The notes under the pieces are model-generated. The model had not been told where the DNA came from and made no database searches. It saw only the letters and a list, made by a program, of their open reading frames with translations. From an uncultured Gemmatimonadales bacterium (lineage in GTDB: Bacteria > Gemmatimonadota > Gemmatimonadetes > Gemmatimonadales > GWC2-71-9), in contig CAVWRM010000001.1 in NCBI GenBank assembly GCA_963757525.1, forward strand, positions 1,463,125-1,527,124: a DNA stretch of 64,000 nt. The letters are read 5' to 3'. Positions 18,321 through 27,241 of this stretch are shown here, in pieces; positions within the stretch are counted from its first letter, which is position 1; every line of letters begins with the position of its first letter. The position numbers and the translations under genes were made by a program.

Positions 18321-20867
18321 ATGCCCGTACCGGACTCCCTGCGCGACTCCCTCAGCGACCGTTACACCGTCGACCGCGAGCTCGGCCGCGGCGGCATGGC
18401 CACCGTCTACCTCGCCCACGACCGGAAGCACGATCGCCAGGTCGCCCTCAAGGTCCTCCGGCCCGAGCTCGCCGCCGTCCTCGGCGCCGAGCGGTTCCTC
18501 GCCGAGATCCGGGTCACCGCCAACCTGCAGCACCCCAACCTGCTGCCGCTGTTCGAGTCGGGTGAGGCCGGCGGTTTCCTCTATTACGTCATGCCCTACG
18601 TCGAGGGCGAGACGCTCCGCGCCCGCCTCGAGCGCGAGCGCCAGCTCCCGGTGGATGAGACGGTTCGCCTGGTCACCCTCCTCGGGAACGCCCTCGCCTA
18701 CGCCCACGCCCGCGGCGTGATCCATCGGGACCTGAAGCCGGAGAACATCCTCCTCCAGTCGGGCCAGCCGGTGATCGCCGACTTCGGCATCGCGCTCGCC
18801 GTCGCCCAGGCCGGCGGACACTCGCGTCACCGAGACCGGCCTCTCCCTCGGCACCCCGCACTACATGAGCCCCGAGCAGGCCGCCGCCGAGCGGGAGATC
18901 GACGCCCGGTCCGACCAGTACGCCCTGGCCGCGGTGGCCTACGAGATGCTGCTCGGGCGAGCCGCCCCACACCGGACCCACGGCCCAGGCGATCATCGCG
19001 CGGCTCATGACCGAGCCGGTCCGCGACCTGCGCGCCACTCGGCCCGGCGTGCCCGTCGAGGTGGAGCGCGCCGTGACCCGCGGCGCTGTCGAAGTCGGCG
19101 GCCGACCGGTTCGCCTCCGTGAATGACTTCGTCGCCGCACTGACAACTCCCGCAGAGGCTGCATCGGAACGTCGCGCCGTCGCGCCGTCCCGCCGTTCCG
19201 CCGCGCTGCGCTGGATCATCCCTGCCGTTCTCGTCGCAGTCGCAGCGTTCGCCGTCAGCCGCATGCGACGCACCGGCCACACGGGCAGCGCCAACGCCCC
19301 CGACAATCTCCGCGTCGTCGCCGTCCTCCCCTTCCGCAACCTCTCGCGCGACACCGCGCAGCAGTACTTCAGCGCCGGCATGACCGAGGAGATCGCCACC
19401 CAGCTCTCCCGCGTCGCCGCGCTCCGCGTGCTGAGCCGCACCGCCACCGCGCAGTACGACACCGTGGGCGACCGGCTCCAGCGGATGTCGCGCGAGATGG
19501 GTGTGGGCAGCGTGGTGGACGGCAGCGTGCGTCTGGCCGGCGACCGGGTCCGCATCGCCGTCGAGCTGACCAGCGTGCGGACCGGCCAGTCGCTCTGGAC
19601 GGAGCAGTACGACCGGCAGCTCTCGGACCTGTTCGCGGTGCAGGACGACGTCGCCCACAAGGTGACGGCGGCACTCCGGGCCCGGCTCACTCCCGCCGAG
19701 GCCAAGCGGGTGGCCCACGCGCCGACCTCGAACATGGCGGCATACCAGGTCTACCTGCGGGCCCAGGACCTGAACCCCATTCAGCGCGCCGGGAACATCG
19801 CCCGCGCCGAGCTGCTGCGGCAGGCCATCGCGCTCGACACGGGATTCGCCGAGGCCTGGGCCCAGCTGGCGCGCAATCACTTGTTTCGGAGCGTGGCGGG
19901 CGAGCGGATCTACACCGACTCCGCGTTCATCGCCGCGCGAAAGGCCGTCGCGCTCGACCCCGAGCTGGCCGACGGCTGGTTCGCGCTCGGCGACCTGGAG
20001 AGCGTCGTCTTCAGGCTGTCCGATGCCCGGCGCGCCTACCTCAAGGCGCTGGAGCTGAACCCGAGCCACGGCGGCGCCATGGCCGACCTGGCTAACGTCT
20101 ACGTCGCCCTCGGCCGCTACGATGAAGCGCTCGACTGGTCGCTGCGCAATGAGCAAATCAGTCCGACCGAATCCCACGGCCCCTACCACGTCACCCTCGG
20201 CCTGATGCCGCTCGACGACGACTCGGCCACCAGCCGCTATCTGCTCGCCGCGGAGCGGCGCTTCCCGGCCGAGCCCAGGATCCAGATACTGCTGTCCTGG
20301 CTCGACCTGAGGCGCGGGTCAAACCAGGCAGCCCTCGAGCGGGTCCGCCGCGTGCTGCGGAGCGATCCCGACAACACCGAGGTGCCGCCGAACCTGGCCG
20401 AGCTGGCGGTGGTGGTGGAAGCACCCGACGCCGAGCGGCTCATCGAGCCGCTGGCCCGCCAGGACCCCGAGGCGATCGGGCAGATGTTTCCCGAGTCGCT
20501 CCGGTCGCTCTATGCCCTGACCCTCCATCGCCGGGGGGACACCCGTCGCGCCGCCGAGCTGTGGCAGGCCTCGGCCGCCGCGGCGCAGCGGCACCTCGAT
20601 GCCGGCCAGGAGAGCTACAACGCCCCGATGGAGCTGGCCGCGATCAACGCGATCCAGGGTCAGACCGGCGCGGCGCTCGAATGGCTCGAGCGCGGCTATC
20701 GGGCCGGATGGAGGGATGCCCGGCTCCTGAATCTCGATCCCTTCTTCGCCTCGGTGCGGCGGGAGCCGCGATATCAGGCCCTGGTCACCGCCATGACGCA
20801 GGATGTCGCGGAGATGAGGAAGCGCGCGGCGGCCGCGCATCCAGCACTGTTCGGCCCGCCGCGCTAA
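18321..20867 (+). pseudogene. Ser/Thr protein kinase (kinase-TM-periplasmic/TPR) interrupted by three single-nucleotide insertions
   Basis: Track ORFs 18321..19010, 18865..19122 and 19119..20867 are consecutive pieces of one kinase. The pieces are [12 protein letters not shown] / [27 protein letters not shown] / [27 protein letters not shown] / [18 protein letters not shown]... The frame moves 0>1>2>0 at about 18816, 18957 and 19082. Each shift is explained by one extra G relative to paralogues. Confidence 0.8.
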
Positions 20868-20875
20868 CCGTCCCT

Positions 20876-21292
20876 TCACGCGGCCCGACGGGCCTCCAGC
20901 CTGGTAACCGTCGTCTCCGTCTCCGCTCGGCGCGTCACGACGCCGAGCGCGATGGCCAGCAGCAGGAGGGCCGGCACGTCGCCAACGAGGTGACCCGTCT
21001 CGGCCTGGTCCGTCAGCGCGCTCCCCAGCATCGCCAGCGAGTGGACCACGCTCGACCAGACCGTAAACCAGATGAGACTCAGGTTGGCCAGCGGGTCACG
21101 GGAACCCCGGATCAGGAAGACTCCGAGCGTCGCGTACACGCCGAGGATCATCGGCCAGTAGTGGGAATGGCCGGACCCCCAGCTCCACCCGCTGGGCCAG
21201 ACCCACGCCAGTGTCTGGATGCCGAAGACGAAAATCACCCCTATTCCGATCATGGAGTAGCGAAGCGCCGTGAGACGAGTAGAGCGGGTCAT
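20876..21292 (-). CDS. Small integral membrane protein (138 aa, about 4 TM), function unknown
   Basis: Track ORF 20876..21526 trimmed to ATG 21292, preceded by AGGAGG. Hydrophobic helices include IGIGVIFVFGIQTLAWVW and WPMILGVYATLGVFLI. Confidence 0.55.
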   Translation of the reverse strand: MTRSTRLTALRYSMIGIGVIFVFGIQTLAWVWPSGWSWGSGHSHYWPMILGVYATLGVFLIRGSRDPLANLSLIWFTVWSSVVHSLAMLGSALTDQAETGHLVGDVPALLLLAIALGVVTRRAETETTVTRLEARRAA

Positions 21293-21525
21293 GATGACCT
21301 CCTGTGTGACTCCGTTGGGCTTGGTTGCGGTGGTACGAAGCGCAACTGGATTCTGGGCGGCAGGTGCGGTTCCGCCAATGATCCATCGTCCCAACTTCCT
21401 GCTCCCGCGTCCGCGCCGTTGGGTCGCGCGGCCTCGTCCACCTTGCTCGATCGCGATCTGACCTCGATCATATCCGGGACCCATGAAGGCACACCCGACT
21501 CCGCCGCTTGGAGAGGAGCAAGGCA

Positions 21526-22638
21526 ATGACCCGTCGACCCATCAAGGCAGGTGTGATCACTGACATGTCGGGCCCGCTCTCGTTCCTCGGCATGGTCAAC
21601 GCCAATGTCGCCCGGATGGTGATCGACGACATCAACGCCGAGGGCGGTTTGCTGGGAGACAGGATCGAGCTCTTCCTCGAGGACAGCGCCACGACGGACA
21701 GCGTCGCCGAAGCCAAGGCCCGGAAGCTCGTCGAGCAGGATCGGGTGGATGTGCTGTTCGGCGGGATCTACAGCTCTACCCGCCAGGCGATCAAAGGCCC
21801 CGCCGTCGAGAAGGGCAAGAAGCTCTACATCTACCCCGAGCAGTACGAGGGCGGGGAATGCCACCCCCTCATCTTCTGCACCGGCCCGGGTCCGGCGCAG
21901 CAGGTCGAGCCTCTCATTCCCTGGCTGATGGAGACGACCGGCGCGAAGACATTCTATTGCCCGTCGGCCGACTACATCTGGCCCCACGTCATGAACGGGA
22001 AGCTGCGCGAGGTGGCCACCGCCAATGGCGGCTCGATCGTCGGCGAGGAGTACTTTCCTCTCGACCACACCGACTATCGGGAGACGGTGAGGAAGATCAT
22101 GGCCAGCGGCGCCGACGTCGTCTTCAACACCACCGTGCCGCCCGGACTCGCGCCGTTCCTCGAGCAGCTCCACGACGCCGGCTTCTCCAGGCGCGGCGGA
22201 CGTCTCGTCTGTACCTACTTCGAGGAGAACATCCTTGGCCTGCTGCCCGCTGCCCACGTGGAAGGCCTGTACGGCTGCCTCGACTACTATCAGACCGCGA
22301 GCGATCCGTTCAGCAAGGAGCTGCTCGCTCGGTACAACACGCTGAATCCGGGTGGCCCCAGGCTCACCGCCGGAAGCGCGGCCACCGGCATGTATCGAGG
22401 TCTCAAGCTATGGGAGGCCGCGGTGAAGGAGGCGGGCTCGCTGAAGCAGGACGACGTCATCACGGCCCTGGACCATGCGAAGATCGCGCGGGGCCCCGGC
22501 GGCCCGGCGGAGATGGTGCCGGGCCAGCATCACGTGCGGATGAACATGTATATCGCCCAGGCCAGGAACGGCGTATTCGAGATCGAGAAGAGCCTCGGCG
22601 CCATCGATCCGAAAGAGTGCACTCGAGGCACGAGGTAG
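21526..22638 (+). CDS. AmiC-like type-1 periplasmic-binding-fold protein (amide/urea-binding regulator family), no signal peptide
   Basis: Start at ATG 21526 with GGAGAGGAG upstream. Colinear resemblance to AmiC-family proteins (YPEQYEGGECHP..GPGPAQQ, SADYIWP, DVVFNT). Confidence 0.7.
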   Translation: MTRRPIKAGVITDMSGPLSFLGMVNANVARMVIDDINAEGGLLGDRIELFLEDSATTDSVAEAKARKLVEQDRVDVLFGGIYSSTRQAIKGPAVEKGKKLYIYPEQYEGGECHPLIFCTGPGPAQQVEPLIPWLMETTGAKTFYCPSADYIWPHVMNGKLREVATANGGSIVGEEYFPLDHTDYRETVRKIMASGADVVFNTTVPPGLAPFLEQLHDAGFSRRGGRLVCTYFEENILGLLPAAHVEGLYGCLDYYQTASDPFSKELLARYNTLNPGGPRLTAGSAATGMYRGLKLWEAAVKEAGSLKQDDVITALDHAKIARGPGGPAEMVPGQHHVRMNMYIAQARNGVFEIEKSLGAIDPKECTRGTR

Positions 22639-22813
22639 AAGAGGCGAGATTGCGGTCGAGAAGGAATCACCGCTGCCAATACGCCTCCGCCTTGGCCTGG
22701 TTGCCCCCGGCTGCGCGGCGAGCCCCCACCGCCGCGCGCCCGGGCGTCCCACCTTGTGATGGGACGGGTGCCGGGCTGGGCCGGTCGCCGCCCGTACTTT
22801 CGGGAGCATCCGC

Positions 22814-23212
22814 ATGAATCTCAAGCCAGTGCTGACAGCCTCGGCGATCTACCTGGCCCTCGTCGGCCTCGGAGTCCTGGTCGTTCCCCGGTACTTCGGT
22901 GTCGGCGCCGTTCCCCCTGACGCCTCGCCGGCGCTGATCGCCTTTCTCCGGATCTTCGCCGGGCCCTGCCTCGGCATCGCCGTCCTGAACTGGATGGCGC
23001 GCAATGCCGGCCCGTCCCCCGCGCGCGATGCCATCGTCGTGGCCAATATCGTCGGATTCGGCTGCGTAGCCATCAACGACGTGTGGGGCGTGCTGAGCGG
23101 CGACGCCCGAGAGATCGCGAAGGCTTTTCTCGTGGTCCATCTGCTGTTCACGGTCGCGTTCGTCGCGGCCGGACGGGCCGCGATGCGGCAGGCGGCGGAA
23201 GCGCTCCCGTGA
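22814..23212 (+). CDS. Small membrane protein (132 aa), function unknown
   Basis: ATG with GGGAG upstream and four hydrophobic helices. No family recognised. Confidence 0.5.
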   Translation: MNLKPVLTASAIYLALVGLGVLVVPRYFGVGAVPPDASPALIAFLRIFAGPCLGIAVLNWMARNAGPSPARDAIVVANIVGFGCVAINDVWGVLSGDAREIAKAFLVVHLLFTVAFVAAGRAAMRQAAEALP

Positions 23213-23278
23213 TCACACGGCGCCGCGGCCTGGGTGGGCTATCGGAAGTCCGCCTCGTCGCCCACTAGCGAAGGCCCC

Positions 23279-23923
23279 ATGCCCGCACCGGGTTGGCTCC
23301 AGCGCCGCTGGAAGGTGGTCCTCGCCGTCGTCCTGCTCGTGGGCTACGGCCTGAGCGGCGGCTGCTACGCCGCGCGCCTTCCTCCCTCGCCGGGGCCGGA
23401 GCAAGCCGCGCTCCTTCGCGAGGCACCGCTTCCCTACACGGTCGTCGTCGTCCCCTGGGAAGGCGCGGCCGCCGCGGCTCACACCCAGAACCCGGAGGCC
23501 TACGCCAACGCGGCCCTTCGATGGCTCCAGGGATCCGGCGCCTTCGCCCACGTACGGCTCGGCACCTCGCAGGACCCCGACGCCGACCTCCTCGCGTCCT
23601 CCACCGGCGCCTACTGCAACGCCAATCCGATCCCGCTGTTCACCATCCTCAGCCTGGGCATCTTCCCAACGATCTTCACCGACACCGACTGTGAGGGCGC
23701 GGCGCTCTACCCTCGACATCCAATGTCAGGCTCGGCCGACTCCGTCGTGATCACCCGCGACATCTCGAGCCGCTCGATGATGGGATGGCTCGCCGTACCC
23801 GTCGGACTGCTGCCCGGCTGGACCCACGGCGACATACGGGACCACGCACGTACTCGCGCGCAATCGCGGCTCGCCATCCTCGAGTACAGGGCACGGCTGG
23901 CGCAGCTCGCGAGTCCCCGATGA
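23279..23923 (+). CDS. Putative lipoprotein, function unknown
   Basis: Track ORF 23234..23923 trimmed to ATG 23279. Signal peptide plus lipobox (VLLVGYGLSGGC). Confidence 0.55.
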   Translation: MPAPGWLQRRWKVVLAVVLLVGYGLSGGCYAARLPPSPGPEQAALLREAPLPYTVVVVPWEGAAAAAHTQNPEAYANAALRWLQGSGAFAHVRLGTSQDPDADLLASSTGAYCNANPIPLFTILSLGIFPTIFTDTDCEGAALYPRHPMSGSADSVVITRDISSRSMMGWLAVPVGLLPGWTHGDIRDHARTRAQSRLAILEYRARLAQLASPR

Positions 23924-23927
23924 GCGT

Positions 23928-23940
23928 CCCCCCCCCCCCC
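23928..23940. repeat. Homopolymeric C tract (13 C)
   Basis: Counted directly. It begins 5 nt after the TGA of the lipoprotein gene. Confidence 0.9.
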
Positions 23941-24563
23941 GACCACGCCTTCGGCGACTCGCTGCCCCGCCCGGGTCGGTGTCGGGCTGGGCATCGCTCA
24001 CGTGCACGACGCGCCGCCCCCGCTCGAGCTCCCTCCGACATTCGCCGTTCACACAGAATTCCTTTCACGCGCCGGTAATGCATGGGATCTGCTGGCACTC
24101 ATCACGACTGTAAACTGCTCGGAGGATCGCGTTGCCTTCCATGCTCGCGCGACGATCGCGAGTGAGTGAACGCATCGAGTGTGCCAACTCTTGCGCGACC
24201 TGATCGTCTTGCGTTCGCCTCATCAGTCAAAGCGGTGTGACGAATGGCGATGGTTCACGCGAGTGGAACGGACCACATCAACAGTCGCCTTCCTCGAAGT
24301 TCCCCCGCCGAGGACTGTGACCCGGATTCGGTTCGCTCCTCCTGGAGAACAATGCGATGCTCCCACGTCACGGCAGGCCGCGAGCTCGTGCCGCCGTCTT
24401 CCAGGGACGCTCCGGCCCGGCGCTCGGCGATCCGGAGGCTCGCTCGGCCAGGCGGCGCCTCGCTCGGCAACTCCGGGTCTCTGCCTGGCGATACGGACGC
24501 CCGCGCGGCGTTACCGGGACGTCACGATTCCTCACGCACGCCAGACGAGGGACTCCCGCAACG

Positions 24564-24935
24564 TCAGGAAGTGACTTGCGATCCCATCACCCGACGGCTT
24601 GCGGGTCTGGTCACATAGGAGACGGCCAGCAGCGCCAGGAGCACCAGCGGCAGGGCCCACGTTTCCCCGACGAAGTAGGCCGAGATCGTTGCCATGACCA
24701 GCGCGAACGTCACACCGGCGTAGGCCCATTCCTTGAGCAGTGGAAGCCCGGGCAAAAGAAGGACGATGGCGGCGACGGGCTTGGCGATTCCCAGCACGAT
24801 CCTGAGATATTGCGGGTAGCCGGCCTTGGCAAAGCCGGAGACGACTTGCTCGCTGCCGGTCAGATAGGTGAGAGAGCCAAGAAGCGCCACGACGAGGATC
24901 GCGGTGCTGATCCAGTATCCAACCTTTTGAGGCAC
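24564..24935 (-). CDS. DoxX-like family membrane protein
   Basis: 123 aa with a GTG start preceded by GGAGGG. Four TM helices in a DoxX-like pattern (GFAKAGYPQYLRIVLGIAKPVAAIVLLLPG). Confidence 0.7.
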   Translation of the reverse strand: MPQKVGYWISTAILVVALLGSLTYLTGSEQVVSGFAKAGYPQYLRIVLGIAKPVAAIVLLLPGLPLLKEWAYAGVTFALVMATISAYFVGETWALPLVLLALLAVSYVTRPASRRVMGSQVTS

Positions 24936-25027
24936 GGGACCCTCCAGGCACGGGTTTCGTGGAAAGAAGCGACGGAAAGTCCGGCGCGCCAGCGAAGGCT
25001 CGTACAGTTTTCCACCGATCGCCGTAC

Positions 25028-26509
25028 ATGACCCCGGAATCCCTCATGCCCCTCGCCCTCCTCGCCGCGCTGCTCGTTCAGGCACCGCCCGCGCCCCATC
25101 GGATCCTGATCCGGGATGTCACCATCGTCTCGCCCGAGCGGAAGGCACCGCTGCACCACGGGTACGTCGTCCTGGAGAACGACCGGATCGCCGCGGTGGG
25201 CCAGAGCACGCCGCCCTCGGCCCGCGGGGATTCCGTCGTCGCCGGTGGGGGACGGGTGCTCATCCCCGGATTGATCGACGGACACACCCATCTCGCGAGT
25301 ATCGCCGGACTGCCGCTCCCGGTCCCGCCGGAGCAAGAGCGGCTCGCGGCCGCCTACGCCGAGCAGCTGCCGCGGAGCTATCTGTACTCGGGATTCACGA
25401 CGGTGATCGATCTGATCGTGTTCGATCGGCCGTTCCTCGATCGGTTCAAGGCGTCGCCTCTTCACCCGGACAGCTACGACTGCGGCGGCGCGCTCGCGCT
25501 GGCCAACGGCTATCCGATGGTGATCGACCCGAAGGAGAAGCACTGGGACTTCTTCCCGAACTTTCTCTGGGACCCGCGGCAGGAGGACTCGATTCCCGCC
25601 CGGTTTCGCCCTGAAGATCACACGCCGAAGGCCACGGTGGCTCGGGTCGCAGCCGACGGCGGCATCTGCGTCAAGACCTTCGAGGAGCGCGGATTCGGTC
25701 CCGCGAAGAACCTGCCGACGCCCACGGTCGAGATGATCCGGGACGTCGTTCGTGAGAGCCACGCCCGTAGACTCCCCGTGCTGATCCACGCCAACTCCCT
25801 CTCGGCCTGGCGGTTCGCGGTACATGCGCAGGTCGACCTGATCGCCCACGGGCTCTGGAACTGGGACCAGTTCGAGAACACCGGTGACACGCTGCCGGCG
25901 CCGATCCGGACACTGCTCGATACGGTCGCGGCGCGCCGGATCGGCTTCATGCCGACGCTCCGCGTGATCGAGGGATTGGGCGACATGTTCGATCCCGCGT
26001 TTCTCGACGACCCGCGCCTCGCCCGCGTGCTGCCGCGCTCGCTGATCGCCTGGTACCGAACGCCGGCCGGGCAGGCGTTCGCCGGCATGATGCGGCGCAA
26101 TTTCGGAAAGGCCGGCGACGACCAGATTCGCCGGACTTTCCAGGGTGTGGCCGAGCACGGGGCCGCGACCACCCGCTACCTGGTGTCTCACGGCGGCCGG
26201 CTCATCTTCGGCAGCGATACGCCGTCGGGTCCGACCTACGGGAATCCGCCGGGCCTGAACGGATACCTCGAGCTCGAGCGACTCGCCGCGGCCGGAGTCC
26301 CGCTGCCCCGTCTGCTGGAAGGCGCAACCATCGAGGCGGCGCGGGCCTTCCATCTCGACAGCCTGTATGGCACGGTCGAGGCCGGCAAGGTCGCCAACCT
26401 CGTGCTGCTCCGCGCCAATCCGCTGGGGACGGTCAAGGCCTACGACGCGATAGACCTGGTCGTTGTGCGGGGCAGGGTGGTCGAGCGGTCCGGACTCGCC
26501 GCGCGGTAG
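25028..26509 (+). CDS. Secreted amidohydrolase-family protein
   Basis: Signal peptide (MPLALLAALLVQAPPAP). Metal-binding N-terminal motif LIPGLIDGHTHL and the typical C-terminal GSDTPSG segment. Confidence 0.8.
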   Translation: MTPESLMPLALLAALLVQAPPAPHRILIRDVTIVSPERKAPLHHGYVVLENDRIAAVGQSTPPSARGDSVVAGGGRVLIPGLIDGHTHLASIAGLPLPVPPEQERLAAAYAEQLPRSYLYSGFTTVIDLIVFDRPFLDRFKASPLHPDSYDCGGALALANGYPMVIDPKEKHWDFFPNFLWDPRQEDSIPARFRPEDHTPKATVARVAADGGICVKTFEERGFGPAKNLPTPTVEMIRDVVRESHARRLPVLIHANSLSAWRFAVHAQVDLIAHGLWNWDQFENTGDTLPAPIRTLLDTVAARRIGFMPTLRVIEGLGDMFDPAFLDDPRLARVLPRSLIAWYRTPAGQAFAGMMRRNFGKAGDDQIRRTFQGVAEHGAATTRYLVSHGGRLIFGSDTPSGPTYGNPPGLNGYLELERLAAAGVPLPRLLEGATIEAARAFHLDSLYGTVEAGKVANLVLLRANPLGTVKAYDAIDLVVVRGRVVERSGLAAR

Positions 26510-26569
26510 GGTTAAGCTCGGTCTCGCGCACGCCAGACCACCGCCCACGCGCACGCCAAGCGAGCGCCG

Positions 26570-27241
26570 ATGCGCCCCTGCCGATCCCGAGATATTATAG
26601 GAAAGGCACCGACCCCCCGACGACCGGCTGACGAATTGTCTCACTCCGCCTCCACAACGGTAGGCCACCTGCTCCAGGAGCTGAGGGCGGGGAACCAGAC
26701 CGCCTTCGGCGAGCTCCTGCCGCTCGTCTACGACGAGCTGCACCGGCTCGCCGAGCGCCAGCGCGGGCGGTGGCAGGGCGACGAGACGCTCAACACGACG
26801 GCGCTCGTGCATGAGGCCTACCTGAAGCTGGCCGATCAGTCGATGCCCGAGTGGCAGAGCCGCGCTCATTTCCTGAGCGTGGCCTCGACCGCCATGCGGC
26901 AGATTCTGATCGACTACGCCAAGCGGAAGTGCGCCGCCAAGCGCGGCGGGCGACAGCGGCATGTGCCGCTGCACGAGGTCGAGGGCGCCCTGGGTCAGGC
27001 CGAGCCCTCATCCGAAATGTGTGACGAGGCCCTGATCGCGTTGGACGATGCGCTGCGCCGCCTCGACCAGTCGAACCGGCGGCAGATGCGAATCGTCGAG
27101 TGCCGGTTCTTCGGCAACATGTCGGTGGACGACACCGCGGAGGCGCTCGGCGTCTCCCCGGCCACGGTGAAGCGCGGCTGGGGGATGGCGCAGGCGTGGC
27201 TCTACCGCGACCTCAAGCAGACGGTGGAGCAGGCGGGGTGA
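26570..27241 (+). CDS. ECF-type RNA polymerase sigma factor (STK-associated subgroup)
   Basis: Homologous to 57388..57948 along its whole length (ELRAGNQTAFGELLPLVYDELHRLA, TTALVHEAYLKL, ECRFFGNMSVDDTAEALGVSPATVKRGW). The start is uncertain. TTG 26636 matches the paralogue N-terminus better than ATG 26570. Confidence 0.85.
   Translation: MRPCRSRDIIGKAPTPRRPADELSHSASTTVGHLLQELRAGNQTAFGELLPLVYDELHRLAERQRGRWQGDETLNTTALVHEAYLKLADQSMPEWQSRAHFLSVASTAMRQILIDYAKRKCAAKRGGRQRHVPLHEVEGALGQAEPSSEMCDEALIALDDALRRLDQSNRRQMRIVECRFFGNMSVDDTAEALGVSPATVKRGWGMAQAWLYRDLKQTVEQAG

Noticed and set aside
24150-24190. A block shared with 45822-45866: a 16-nt exact match gcatcgagtgtgccaa preceded by gatcgcgag. In frame, both read ..R(I)ECAN.
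   Set aside because: A single exact 16-mer match is roughly what chance predicts for all pairs in a 64-kb GC-biased window, and the flanking similarity is short. It is worth a genome-wide search, but the sequence alone does not support it.
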